A DNA stretch of 64,000 nt from Squalus acanthias (taxonomy: Eukaryota), in NCBI GenBank assembly GCA_030390025.1, contig CM059438.1, positions 27,404,001 through 27,468,000 on the forward strand, given 5' to 3'. A program made the position numbers and the translations under genes. A model generated the notes under the pieces. That model did no database searches. It was not told where the DNA came from and saw only the letters and a list, made by a program, of their open reading frames with translations. This document shows, in pieces, positions 50,891-63,473 of the stretch (position 1 is its first letter; the number at the start of each line of letters is the position of its first letter).

Positions 50891-51590
50891 AATGGAGATC
50901 CTATGTAGAATGCAGTGGCTGTCTCCAATAGCTTAGTATATGTTCCCAAGAAAACTTCCTACCCATTATCCTATTTCTTTGACCTCCAGTGACATATGCA
51001 ATTTCATTTAACAATGTAGGTTAAATATTGTAACTGGTAAATAATGTCATCGATTTTTCAAGGGGCACCGTCTTTGTGCAAAAATATATCACAAAATGTT
51101 TTCCTAAAATTTGAGGAAAGCAAAGAATCGTAGATCACTTCTTGTCTGATAACATTATATGCAACATGCTCAATGATGTGTTTTAGCACAATTTATGTCT
51201 TTGTATTGTGTGTTTAAATGCAAGTGGAAAAAGGTTTGCTGAACAATTTTTTGTGAAGGTGGTGCCTCTTTGAAAATCAACACAAACTGCTGACATACTA
51301 ACTAAGCTAAGAAGATTGTATTGGTAGTACCAATTTCCTGTAGGTAATGGATACGAGCAATGAACCAATAATGCACATCAGCCCTAGTTCAGCTGTTCAA
51401 TGCCTGCGATTCTTGGGACTGAAAGTGTGCAAAATATAAAAGTAAGCTTGTAAACTGTTTAATTCAAGCTAAGTTTTAATGTTCTAGTAACAAGGCAATA
51501 TATGGTGAGCTCGGTACTACCATCTTACTCAGGAATGCTCATTACTGCTTCTCTGGATGCAAAGGAGAGAAATATTTATTTCTTTAGCAC

Positions 51591-52160
51591 TTTATGCTGA
51601 ACCTTTATAAAGCGCTGGTTAGGCCACAACTGGAGTATTGCGTCCAGTTCTGGTCACCACACTTTAGGACGGATGTGAAGGCACTTGAGAGGGTGCAGAG
51701 GAGATTTACCGGGATGGGGGATCTTAGTTACAAGGACAGGTTGGAGAAGCTGGATTTGTTTTCATTAGAGCAAAGGAGATTGCGGGGTGATTTGATAGAG
51801 GTGTACAAGATTATGACGGGTTTGGATAGGCTAGACGGGGAAAGGCTGTTCCCACTAGTTGATGGTACAAGGACTAGGGGACACAGATTTAAGGTTTTGG
51901 GCAAGAGATACAGGGGGGATGTGAGGAAAAACTTTTTTACGCAGCGAATGGTGAGAACCTGGAACTCGCTACCGACGGAAGTGGTGGAAGCGGACGCACT
52001 CGATGTTTTCAAGGTGAGACTGGATAGGCACTTGAGGGAAATAAACTTGCAGGGCTACGGGGATAGAGCGGGGGAATGGTACTGACTGGATTGCTCTACA
52101 GAGAGCTGGCACGTACTTGATGGGCCGAATGGCCTCCTTCTGTGCCGTTATGACCTTGAC
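51591..52160 (+). mobile_element. CR1 3' fragment
   Basis: LYKALVRPQLEYCVQFWSP..GYGDRAGEW plus 3'UTR; near-identical to 61044-61611. Confidence 0.96.
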
Positions 52161-52398
52161 TTCCACCAATATTATTCCTCCCAACGAATAGGCAAAAAAG
52201 ATTGAATTGTATACTTTGAATTTCCTATGTGCAGCCTTTTCAAAATGTGTGGCTTATATTTTATATAAAGAAATAACTATACTATAACTGCTTGTTTAAC
52301 TGCCTCAGAAATTACAGATAGATATTTTTTCTTTGGTAGTGTTCACAGGCAAATTGCATTTACCTTATATGCTGCTATTCCTCATCACTAAGTGAATA

Positions 52399-52538
52399 GT
52401 CTGAAATTCCTAATCTAACACCATTGTAGGAGCACCATCACCACAAGAACTGTAGTAGTTCAAGGAGAAGGTCCACCAACATTTTCTAAGGGCAACTGGG
52501 GATGGGCAATAAGTGTGGCCTTGCCAGTGTCACCCACA
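52399..52538 (+). mobile_element. LINE 3' end fragment, clade uncertain
   Basis: TTCAAGGAGAAGGTCCACCAACATTTTCTAAGGGCAACTGGGGATGGGCAATAAGTGTGGCCTTGCCAG resembles a common shark LINE terminus as I recall it. Confidence 0.55.
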
Positions 52539-55500
52539 AGTGTGCACTCAAGGTTTTATTGGCCACACAGTTTGTTGCTGTTCTGATGGCTGAGTATGGT
52601 TTTAATAAGTTAATTTACATACTGCCTTGCTCAGAGCAGAACCCTTCGGAAAAAAATACAGCAAAGTCCCTTCCATTCCAGTTATGTGTTTTTTTTTTAA
52701 GTGGTCTGGTAACCAGGTGAAGACAAAGGGTTAAGGAGGGCACTTGCACAGCGTACTGCTCTAGGCAAGTACACTCATTATTGCTTTCAGTGAATGGTTG
52801 GCAGGTATTCACAATTTACCCTTGTTGCTCTCTGTAATGTGGGGGTTATGAATGTGTATGGCATTCACTGTTATTTTATTTGGACTTTTCCATTTGATGC
52901 AAATCACCACTTACAGGTTATACATGACTGCAATTTGTATCAATGGAATTACAGCATTTTTAATATCTAGTAAATAAGAAAGAGTTCTGTATTGTTCCAG
53001 ATTCATATTTCAGAGGTGGAAATTCCCAGTAGTTCATTGGTCCGTGACCAATAGAAATCCCCTCAGACCAACAATTAATCAGGCTCTAGTGATCCTTTGA
53101 CCAGTTACAATTGCAGCTGTCACATCATTTGAAAAGTCAAGACCTGGCCTTACCTAATAAAAATCTGCTCGATTTGTTTGAGTTTAATACACACACTAGC
53201 ACCTTTAACAGAAAACAGTACGCATTTTTGGTGTAATATGCTGTTGTATGTTTAAAATTTCAGTGGCTTTATTGGTAATATTTATGATTTAGGTTTGACC
53301 TTCATTGCTTCTAATGGGATGTAGGTTCCCAAATTTTCAACTTTCAGGATTAAATTTTCACATAATCTCATTGATTTCATTTAGTTGTGGATTTAAGAGA
53401 TCATTTAAATTTTATGAGTGAATTTTGGGCACAATTGTCGCAGAATGTTGCGGTTTTAAACTTTACAAATTAGACGAGCTTGGAAAACGTGCTTAAACGT
53501 TTTAATAAACCTTTGCATTGTTTAGCAACATTTCTAGTCATTTTTGTGCTACAAAATTAAATTTTCCAAGTGAGAAAATGTGAACGAGCAGTAGCTGATA
53601 AATTTTTATAGAGGAAGTATTTAGGTTTCTGTTTGACACCAGGCTATATAAATTGCTTCTGGATTTTATGCACATTGTTTTTAGTTAATGATTTTCAGCT
53701 GTTTGTTGTTCCTCTGATTGCATGAAAATGTACCATATGTTCAGCCAAAGACAAATGATTAGCAAATGAAATTCTGGACAGCTGTCTGACTGAAAGCTTT
53801 GGTTGATAGCATTCTGCTATCATAATTAGCTTAAGCTTTGGGTTAATTAACTTCCTACCTGGATATGCATAATAATAGCAAACTCCAGAAAGCGAGAAGC
53901 TTTGAGTACATCAACAACATTGCTGTCTTTTTATTTGGTATTTCAAGAGCATATTATAATTTCAAGAGTGATTAATCCTGGGAATATTGTCACATACTGT
54001 ACATTTTATTTGCAACCAAGATAATACTGAAACAATTTGAATCTATTAAACAGAAGAAATAGTGTTTTAAAATTGTAATTAAAGTTTCTGAAAGCAAATC
54101 ACTAATTTCAAATGCTTTTGTTGGCAAGAATATCAGATGTATTGGTCTCTTGTAAAGAGAGCGTGTATTGGGTGGGGGGGGGATGCCAACGCTAATGGAT
54201 TAAAAAATAAAAATGGTAATTTTAAATTTATTCAAATGGTTCATTAAAGGAATAATTAATCTCTTTCTGCACAACTAGGGAAATACTATTAGTAATGTGC
54301 ATTTACACAAAATCTAAAAGCTGCTGGTCTAAAATGATTCAAATGTAGAATGTTAGCCATTCATTTTGCAAACTATTTCCCTGACTGATTAGCAGTAGCT
54401 TTTGATTTAGAAGTAATTCATGCTGATATCTTCAGTCATGATAAAGCAGGATTTTCTAAGACACAGGAAAGAAAAGCAGCCTATACAATTTTTTCTCCCC
54501 TACATTCATTCTGTAATACAGGCTTTCATGAAAGGGTAACCTCGTCGTCATATAACTGTAGTACTTATTTTTGGACCACGGTGGTTTGTAAATCAATTTA
54601 CTGGTTGTGTGGAATGGCAAAAGAGATGACTTTGTCCTTCTTCCCACTCCTGTTTGCATGATTTACCAAAGCACTCTCTAAGATGCTCATCATCTTAAGG
54701 GTCCGCTCTGGGCTTTAGAGAACACAAGCTACTGGAGTGTATTGTGAATTTGGAGTAAAAATTGGAGTTTACATTTCCCAAAGCACCAGAGAGCCTAGCA
54801 CTTAATTCTGAAATAACCCATGCTTGGAAGAGAAAAAGATTTTAATGATTTGAAAAAAAAAATTATATGTTTCTGCAAGTATGTCAGTGGACACAGAAAA
54901 GGTTTTGTAACAGCAGATTTGATTTGACTCGTGAGGGCTGCAGTTACAGCACGTGGTAACAGTTCAGCATGCCGTGCTTCAAATGTGTATCTCCTGGTCA
55001 GTCTGCGGGTTTCACGAGCGCCCTTCTGGTCAGTTCATGAAAGTTTCATTCAGCTGTCAAAAGCCATTTTTCAAAATTGGCATCATTTGGGGAGATGTTG
55101 AGGACACCATTTTCTCAGTTTGTTTAATGAAAGGAGTGGATCCCCCAGTGGCATAGTTTACTGTGTAGGAAGCATCATTCTCATGGTGCTAAGGCATTTG
55201 TGCAAAGATATGCGTGCTACATGACCTGTCGTAACATGGTTTTAAAAAAAGTTGGTCAGCCCGACTGTAGGTTTTAAGCAGGCACATGAGAATCTTGAAT
55301 TTCAATAAAACTAAGCTAAGAATGCTTACCTAAAAGCAAAATATTATTTCTGTTCTGTTTTCTCCATAAAAATGTATGTTTATTTTTGTGGGTGGAAAAA
55401 ATTAAAATAAAAGAATACCAATGACTAACAATAACAAATTATAGAATGTGCATAAGAATAAGTTATATAGTGTAATGGAGCACTCCACAATCAGGAGTTT

Positions 55501-57327
55501 ACATATTATTGTAATATCCCAACATACAAACAATATTTTTCTGATCTGCTGAAGCAGCATTAGCTTCGCTATTCAGTACCTGTATAAAGAATACTGGTCT
55601 GTTTAGATACAATTTAGTAAAATATAACTCTGTTGCATTGCATACAAAATAATTTTATGTAGGGCTTCAGATTCTTTTTTATTTCCCCTAACGTCAGAAT
55701 TATTTATCTGGCCTATTCCACCCCAGATGTGACTGGCTAGGGCACAGTCATTTATATTCAGTTTCCATGGGTCCATGTACTCATATGTACATCATTTTTG
55801 AGTTTCTGTGGCTCCCAAGAGATTTACCCTATTCATATTGGAGGTTCCATCATGTAAACCGAATAAACAACGCACAAATCTCTAATATACGACAACAATT
55901 CTCTTGAACAACACACTAATATATGTAATATTAAAATACAAATACTTCAGACCTAGCATGTTGAAAAGATGTAGATTCTTCAGATAAACCAGCACTAATC
56001 CAGATTAATGAGGAAGAAAGGTGAAATTTTTCTGCTGTCCTCAAATGAAGAAGGATATGAGTCAATTATGCTAGAATGTTGCAACGTAGCTCTTATCTAC
56101 ATGTGGCACTAAACAAGGATTTGTTATGGGATTTCAGAAGGCTGCATACTGCTTCAGTGTTAAGCACCCAAAACTCTAGGGGAGCAGCACTAATTTACTC
56201 TCTCGTAAAACAAAATAATATTCATAACTGCTCAAGTGGCTTGACATAAGTAATGATGGCATATGCGGGAAGATTACCACCCCAATAGTGTAATCAAGGT
56301 GCTAGGTACTAATGCAAGTTAAATTGAGACAATAATGCCGAAACTTGTGTCCTGGGATTATGAGGGTACTTAAGATGCTGACATTGGCATATTCTGACAG
56401 TGTGTCTGTCTTGTTTTGAATTCCTGTTTATAGTTAATGCCCTCAAAATTTGTATGTCGTTAACACCATGTACTGAAGTGGGAGAGAACAAGGTTTGGGA
56501 GGAAGAGATTCCCTGTCTTAGTTGACTTTTGTCTCTTCTGGTAATTGGTGGCTTTTCTGCCATATTAGAGAGCAGCTCATGAAGTACCAAGGCCCCTGAG
56601 GTCTACATAAACATGCTGCTAGCGCTGAAAGTCTTGCATTCCCAAGTGTTGGGGAATAATTTACATACTTTGAATGAAAAGTCATTTATGCCTGCAAAAT
56701 TGTTATTGCTGGAACAAATTTGAATACTAGTCATATGGAAATCTGAAATAAAGTCATATTAAAATTTGATGCCCAGATCAATATTGCAGAGCCCAGGTAA
56801 TTAAAGTGGCGTTGTTTATTTGGCTCGAATAAATAACAGAGGCTTAATACTGACTAATTACACACAATTTTTTCCTAATACTGCAGGATAATAATGTCAG
56901 CAATTTAAAGTGACATTAACTGAGAATTAATAAAGGAATATTCAGTCACTTTGACTGATAAAACATTCAAATCATTTTTCTTTTCTGTATAGGTGTTTAT
57001 TTTTCTTCACAAAGTCTGCAAGTTGGTTCATATTTAACTATAATCGGCATTATAGCAGTTCATCTGTTAACACATATTTTAATACCACTATTTAGAAAAT
57101 TCTATTTTTTTTCTCTCTCAGACTCAATGTCAGGTACAAGTTAGCAATTCTACCCTTTTAGAGGGGATCAAAGCTGAGCTGAAGGTCAGGACCTCACGCT
57201 CAGCACTCTTTTCTTATATAATAAATTGCCAGCATTGTTCATTAATTTCTGTCTCCGAAATGCCAAGTCAAGCCTTCGAAGCAATTCGCAGTGCCCATGT
57301 CCCTTGGACAGCTCTCACCATGGTCCA

Positions 57328-57491
57328 NNNNNNNNNNNNNNNNNNNNNNNNNNNNNNNNNNNNNNNNNNNNNNNNNNNNNNNNNNNNNNNNNNNNNNNNN
57401 NNNNNNNNNNNNNNNNNNNNNNNNNNNNNNNNNNNNNNNNNNNNNNNNNNNNNNNNNNNNNNNNNNNNNNNNNNNNNNNNNNNNNNNNNNN
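57328..57491. other. N run (164 nt): assembly gap or masking
   Basis: Run of N. Confidence 0.99.
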
Positions 57492-60179
57492 GGTTAGCCA
57501 CCTGCCCCCTTGCACTGTGTTTCACATGCTGGGTTGCAAAATCATGACTCCCTCAACCTGTCGTGCTCAAATGAGAAGGGTTTCAGCTGGGAAATGGAAT
57601 ATTTCAGTGCATGTAATATTGCCTGACCTCATAAAACAAAAGAAAAAAATCTGAGATTCTGACAGCTATTATGAATCTTGTATCAGCGTCCAAATGACTC
57701 TCAGGCAAGGTACTGTACATGTTTGTAATAGAAAAAAACAGGGTGCCACATTGACTTGCTATATTGAGCAAAAATGACTTGTTGGTAATTTGTTCTCAGA
57801 TGTTAAAGAGACTGTTGAATTTACCAGTATGTACAGAAGAATGTTTAGCCTAGAGCAGAATTTAGAAATAGTCTGTACATAGTGGCACTCTGTTGAGGTT
57901 ATTGGCAGGGTTGTATTGCAGTAGGGGGATAGCTTAACAGCACTATAATAAATGTAGCTCTGATTCTTGAGGGGTTGAATTCTGGCTTTGAGTTCACAGC
58001 TTTGATTCAACTAATTTTGAGCAACAATACCAGCTGCTGGAGTTCAGGGCTTTTTCAGTTTTAGTTTTTTTTCTAAAGCTTTCATTGTCTTGTTTTAGTA
58101 CAGCATTGTTCTCTACCTACTAGAAGGAGGTAATTGTCATTAAACTTTTGCTGCTATTCGGTGCTAGGAAATAGTGCTACAAACCATCAGGGAGTAGTAA
58201 CTGAATTTTGCCTTAGCTAATTGGGACGGCTTATGTGTGGACAGGTTACCCTATCTTTCTGGCTGCCGCAGTGATATTTACTCGTCTCTCCTTCCTCAAA
58301 AAGAGCCTCATACATGATGTGGTGTTCTCGGCTGCTTCTTGTTTGCAAGAACTTAAGTGCACTTGAATTAGATTGCAGCTCATGAATACAACCAGAATGT
58401 TGGCAAGTTGAGAGAAAATAAAGCTCACAGGTCAGGTTTCCGAGCAGCAAGTAGTACCCATGAGCAGTCAGATACTCGGAACTGCCAGATAATCATTTCC
58501 TAACCCAGAGAGAGGGCAGGAAAAAGGGACAAGGGGGAGCATGGGTGAGGAACAATTTTAAAAGGCAAATAAAAGAACACAGTCAAGAAGATTAGTTTCT
58601 TTGCAATTTAATTTATCTGAAAATGAAGGTCTCTGAGAATCAATTGAATCAAGCCAAATAGCATTGTGTGTTTTGTTTCTTTTTTTTTTGGTTTCTCAAA
58701 CAATTGTGATTCATGGATTTTTCAATAATTTTATTATTGTGCATAAAGCTTTTTGTGTTTCCACTTGCTGCTACTTTAAACTTGTCACTGTATGATCCCT
58801 GGTCTTGACGTTCGTATAGATGGGCTAGTTTTTCTCCTCCGGCTCGCCAGCTCTGGACAGCTTCTGTTCATTTGGCAGCTGTTCCAACGTGTACTCTCTT
58901 GTCATCTTTGCGTTCAATATATGCTGGTCTGAAGAAGAAAGTGGGATAGGGTGGACCATTGTATTTGGTCTTTGACCTTCTGTGTTGCCCATGAGCAGTG
59001 AAGGATAACTTTTGACGAGGCATGTCAGTTGTGACAAGCAATCTAGTTGGGTTGAGTGGAAATGTGCTTTACAAGTTTCTTGAAGCTGGAGTTTTGGGTA
59101 TTGTATAGTGTGTCGCGCATTTGATTTAACATGCACCTGCAACATTTGAATTTTAGTTTTGAATGAACAAAAATCTAAACTTAAATCTAATGAATATAAC
59201 ATGTTCTGCTTAGCTAAGATTTCCAATTGCATCTTTTTAAATGTAATGCATTTTCTTGCAATGTTCCAGAATTTCAAATGCTGTGGAATACAATATATAG
59301 CTATGTTATCCCACAATATAAATTTACATATGAGATTTGTGGAACAATGCACTTTCAATCTTGATTCGCAAATAAGAGATACAAAACATATCTTGCTAAC
59401 TGGTGGATGTAGCAGAACAATCGTCATAGTAATTCGAGTTATTGATGTATACGTTTTTGTTTCCTTTATGTCCCCTGCCCATTACTCCCAGCTGCCTCAT
59501 TCCACTTGCCTTAGTTAAGAGGGCAGGACAGTTTTAACTGCAGGCATCGCCACATCTGCCCTCGTGTTTTTTTTTTACAACTGTTGAGCAGGAAATGCAT
59601 TTCTGTTGAATTCAACTGGTTCTGCCAGTATTGCTTCCTTCCCTGCCCCATCCCCAAAATGAAATGCTGTCCTCCACAACAACCTCGCAGCACTCGCTGT
59701 CTACCAAATCGGTGAAGAACTTACATAATTCAACTTTGTAATGCCGGAATTCGAATTCATGACAATCTGGCTGGGAACGTTATGTAGAGCCCTTGGGAAT
59801 GGCTGCTGCTTGTCATCATTTGTTAATAGGAAATATAAATTAATATTTTAATAAAATTGTAAAGAGTAGAAGTTGTAGCATATAAGACTGCTCCGACAGG
59901 TATTCTGCATAGCTCCATTCGAAAATGCAAACATTACAGAGAATTGTCATTAAAGCTACTATCTTTCTTATGTTTTCTGTATTTATGTTTTTATTTTAGT
60001 GACTATAAAGACAGTGGAAAGAATCAGCTTAGAGGAGTTTCTGAGCTCACTAGCGCGATGAATTGGTAAAGATATTTCCCAGAATTTATCTCCGAAGTAT
60101 TCAATTTCTTTTATTTTAGCTGTGTGTTTCTTTGTGTGTGGAGGAGGGATTGCTAAACAATATGGATCTAGAAGTTAGA

Positions 60180-60630
60180 TGGTGCCATGCATGTGGAAAT
60201 AGGAGGTCTAATGCCTATTTGAAGCCCCCTAAACAAAGTTGGGCTACATGCAGCCTAACCAGCAGTTCTTAATGGAACCAACCATTAGAGGCTGTCACCA
60301 AAAGATAAGTTGTTTTTTTAAATGCTTACCTGAATGTGGAGCCGGGAAGAGCAGGAGTGCTCCTCCCAGTTCCACAGCAGTGCCGAAGACTGTTGCTGGC
60401 CCACTGGTCGGCCTCCTCCCTCCCTCCCTCCCTCCCAATAGCTTCCCCTCCTCTCCCGGTTGCCCCCTATCCTCCTAATTGCTCCCCCCCCCCGCCCCCC
60501 CCACCCCTCCCCCCCGGATCTGACTGAGCTCCACTGCCGGCGATGCAGTGGCTCGAAATTGAAATTCTCTTCACCGATCAACTGCCTGGGGACACCCAGC
60601 AGGTGTCTGCAGCTCATTCACATTAGGCCC
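60180..60630. mobile_element. Degenerate GC-rich non-autonomous DNA transposon
   Basis: Shares the 19-bp GGAG-loop hairpin and a C-rich CCCCGGATC tract with the 28537 and 29359 elements. Confidence 0.5.
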
Positions 60631-60804
60631 AAGGCATTGGTTTCTGACTATTGAGACTTTCAGGCGGGTGAGAGAGAGGAGCTAACACAGTAGGTTCCTC
60701 ACAATTTGTTTTACCACAATTAATTAAGTTAAATATAAACACCAACCTCAACCCTACCAGCAATGTATTCTGATGCTTATCTATCTGCACATCTATATGA
60801 AGAA

Positions 60805-61750
60805 AGGACTTGCATTTATATGTCACCTTAGCACAACCTCAGGATATCCCAGAAGCACTTTCTAGACAATGAATTTTGAAATGCAATCACTTTCATTATG
60901 TAGGCAATGATGACCGCCAACTTATGCACAGCAAGATCACACAAACAGCAAATAAGATTAATGGCTGGTTCAATCTGTTGTTAGTGTTTTCAGAGGAAGA
61001 ATGTTAACAGCTACACTGGGAGAAGTCCCTGATTTTCTTTAAGCTCTTTATAAAGCGCTGGTTAGGCCACAACTGGAGTATTGCATCTAGTTCTGGTCAC
61101 CACACTTTAGGAAGGATGTGAAGGCCCTTGAGAGGGTGCAGAGGAGATTTACCAGAATGGTTCCGGGGACGGGGGATCTTAGCTACAAGGACAGGTTGGA
61201 GAAGCTGGATTTGTTTTCATTAGAGCAAAGGAGGTTGAGGGGTGATTTGATAGAGGTGCACAAGATTATGACGGGTTTGGATAGGCTAGACGGGGAAAGG
61301 CTGTTCCCACTAGTTGATGGTACAAGGGCTAGGGGACACAGATTTAAGGCAAGAGATACAGGGGGGGATGTGAGGAAAAACTTTTTTACGCAGCGAGTGG
61401 TGAGGACCTGGAACTCGCTGCCGACGGAAGTGGTAGAAGCGGACACACTCAATGTTTTCAAGGTGAGACTGGATAGGCACTTGAGGGAAATAAACTTGCA
61501 GGGCTACGGGGATACAGCGGGGGAATGGGACTGACTGGATTGCTCTACAGAGAGCCGGCACAGACTCGATGGGCTGAATGGCCTCCTTCAGTGCCGTTAT
61601 GACTCTATGACTAATGTCATGGGATCTTTTACATCCCCTGTTCAGGTATACAGAGCTATGGTTTAATATTTCCTCAAAAGTCGTAACCTTTGACACTTTA
61701 GCAGTCTTTCATTCTGCATTGAAGTGTTACCCTAGATTATGTGCGCAAGG
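60805..61750 (-). mobile_element. Deu-domain SINE split by a CR1 insertion (parts 60805-61041 and 61612-61750)
   Basis: GACTTGCATTTATAT..TGCACAGCAAGATCACACAAACAGCAA on the left and CATGGGATCTTTTACATCC..CCTAGATT on the right are collinear SINE reverse complement. Confidence 0.8.
61044..61611 (+). mobile_element. CR1 3' fragment
   Basis: KALERVQRRFTRM..GYGDTAGEWD*, tail TATGACTCTATGACT. Confidence 0.96.
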
Positions 61751-62276
61751 AAATGCATAGCAACTGGTCAGCTTGCAAGTGACATCAGTGTGTTGGCCGT
61801 CCCAGCTCCGATTACTCGATGTTTTTTTTTTACACTGCTTTCTTGGTGTGTGTGTAACCCTGTGTGGCTGCTTGCAGCTCTCCTGCAGCCCAATGACTCT
61901 TCAGCTATACCAAAGATGTAAATGATACTCTTACGATTTATTTCCTCTTGTTAATGATCAATTAACAGTTTCAGCAAGTGAAAATTCCAATCCCACAAGT
62001 TCTACTTGCAAAGTAGGAAATCTGATTTATTTTTTTTAAACACCACCCATTACAATGCTTCTTCCTTCAGCCAAAAGGGTGAAACAGTGAGATCTCGATT
62101 CTCTCCTGGCCGGTATTAATCTGTATCTTATTGACAGGCAATGTGTATGCTGCAAAAATGTTAGTTTTAGCTTAGAAATGGTTACTTTAATTTCGTCACA
62201 AAAGTTTAAAAACTAGCTGCATTCAGAATTCATGTCCCAACCTAACTTGATGCAGTGCTGCAAGGATTACTAGCCA

Positions 62277-62505
62277 AAATAACAACAGAAAACGCTGGAA
62301 AAACTCAGCAGGCCAGGCAGCATCCGTGGAGAGAGAAAGAGAGTTAACGTTTCAGGTCGATGACCTTTCATCAGTTCTGATGAAAGGTCATCGACCTGAA
62401 ACGTTAACTCTCTTTCTCTCTCCACGGATGCTGCCTGGCCTGCTGAGTTTTTCCAGCGTTTTCTGTTGTTATTTCGGATTTCCAGCATCCGCAGTATTTT
62501 GCTAT
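62277..62505 (+). mobile_element. Fold-back Penelope-derived insert with a perfect 98-bp inverted repeat
   Basis: Arms 62277-62374 and 62377-62474 are exact reverse complements with a 2-nt loop; 14-bp TSD AGGATTACTAGCCA at 62263-62276 and 62506-62519. Confidence 0.9.
62373..62409 (+). ncRNA. Minimal type I hammerhead ribozyme motif
   Basis: AGUU-CUGAUGA-A-AGGUC(AUC)GACCU-GAAAC-GUU-AACU; predicted cleavage after 62405. Confidence 0.7.
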
Positions 62506-63275
62506 AGGATTACTAGCCAGTTTGGTCTTTGAGTAGATAGCTTAAAGAAGGAGCCAAGTTATACAATTTCAATAAAAATAACTCTGTTATATATGTCTTA
62601 TCTGTTTTTTTTTAAATTTAGCTGACTATTATTCAAATCCACAACTCCTGTGATTGTTTGGGGAGTATTTATGAGCCTGACCTGTTCAATATTCGGAGTC
62701 AGGGAGCTCCTGCAGTTGGCAGGACTATGAGAATCCAGGGCACACTATCTAAATTTACCTCGATATTAGATCCAGCGAAGATACTTTTGAGGCCACAGGG
62801 AACGAAGACTCGCCGACGAGTAGTCTAAAACACATAAGCAAAGATGGTAGACTTGGAAAGGCAGAACAAACAAACCAAAATATAACCGTGTGTTTCTGCC
62901 AGGTGAGATTGGTCCTGTGCACTATTCCATCTGGCATTTCAGCTGAGATTAAAGGCTTGAATTTGAACTCAGCTCAAGCAGCAGTAACTAAAACTAATTT
63001 TATTCATAGCTGTTAAGGGTCAAACGTGAAATTTAATTTTCAACAAACTGTTCAGTCCCGATTAGACATAAACTTAGGGGTGGTTTTGAATTGCATGCTT
63101 ATCAGTACCAGCTCCTGTGAAGCTTGAGTTTGAGGTTAGAGGTAGTAGTATCCTTTATTTGTACTGACAAGCACCATATTAAAAATGGGTGCACATGCTA
63201 TGGAACCCAAATGTGTTCTCCTGCACTGAATTCTCACTGAATGAGCAATGGTTCAAACAGACTTGATATAATTAC

Positions 63276-63473
63276 AAGAGCAAAATACTGCGGATGCTGG
63301 AAATCCGAAATAACAACAGAAAACGCTGGAAAAACTCAGCAGGCCAGGCAGCTTCCGTGGAGAGAGAAACAGAGTTAATGTTTCAGGTCGAAAGGTCTTC
63401 GACCTGAAACGTTAACTCTGTTTCTCTCTCCATGGATGCTGCCTGGCCTGCTGAGTTTTTCCAGCGTTTTCTG
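63276..63473 (-). mobile_element. Fold-back Penelope-derived insert lacking the hairpin tip
   Basis: Same family as 62277 in the opposite orientation; 13-bp TSD TTGATATAATTAC at 63263-63275 and 63474-63486; centre lacks CTGATGA. Confidence 0.9.

Noticed and set aside
46143-57654. ORFs spanning the N runs
   Set aside because: Open only because N codons hide stops
58825-59427. 200-aa minus-strand ORF
   Set aside because: No recognisable domain or splice context, and composition typical of translated AT-rich non-coding DNA
62342-62378. Minus-strand hammerhead in the palindrome as an independent ribozyme
   Set aside because: Core present, but the upstream AGAA cannot pair with AACU, so there is no stem I
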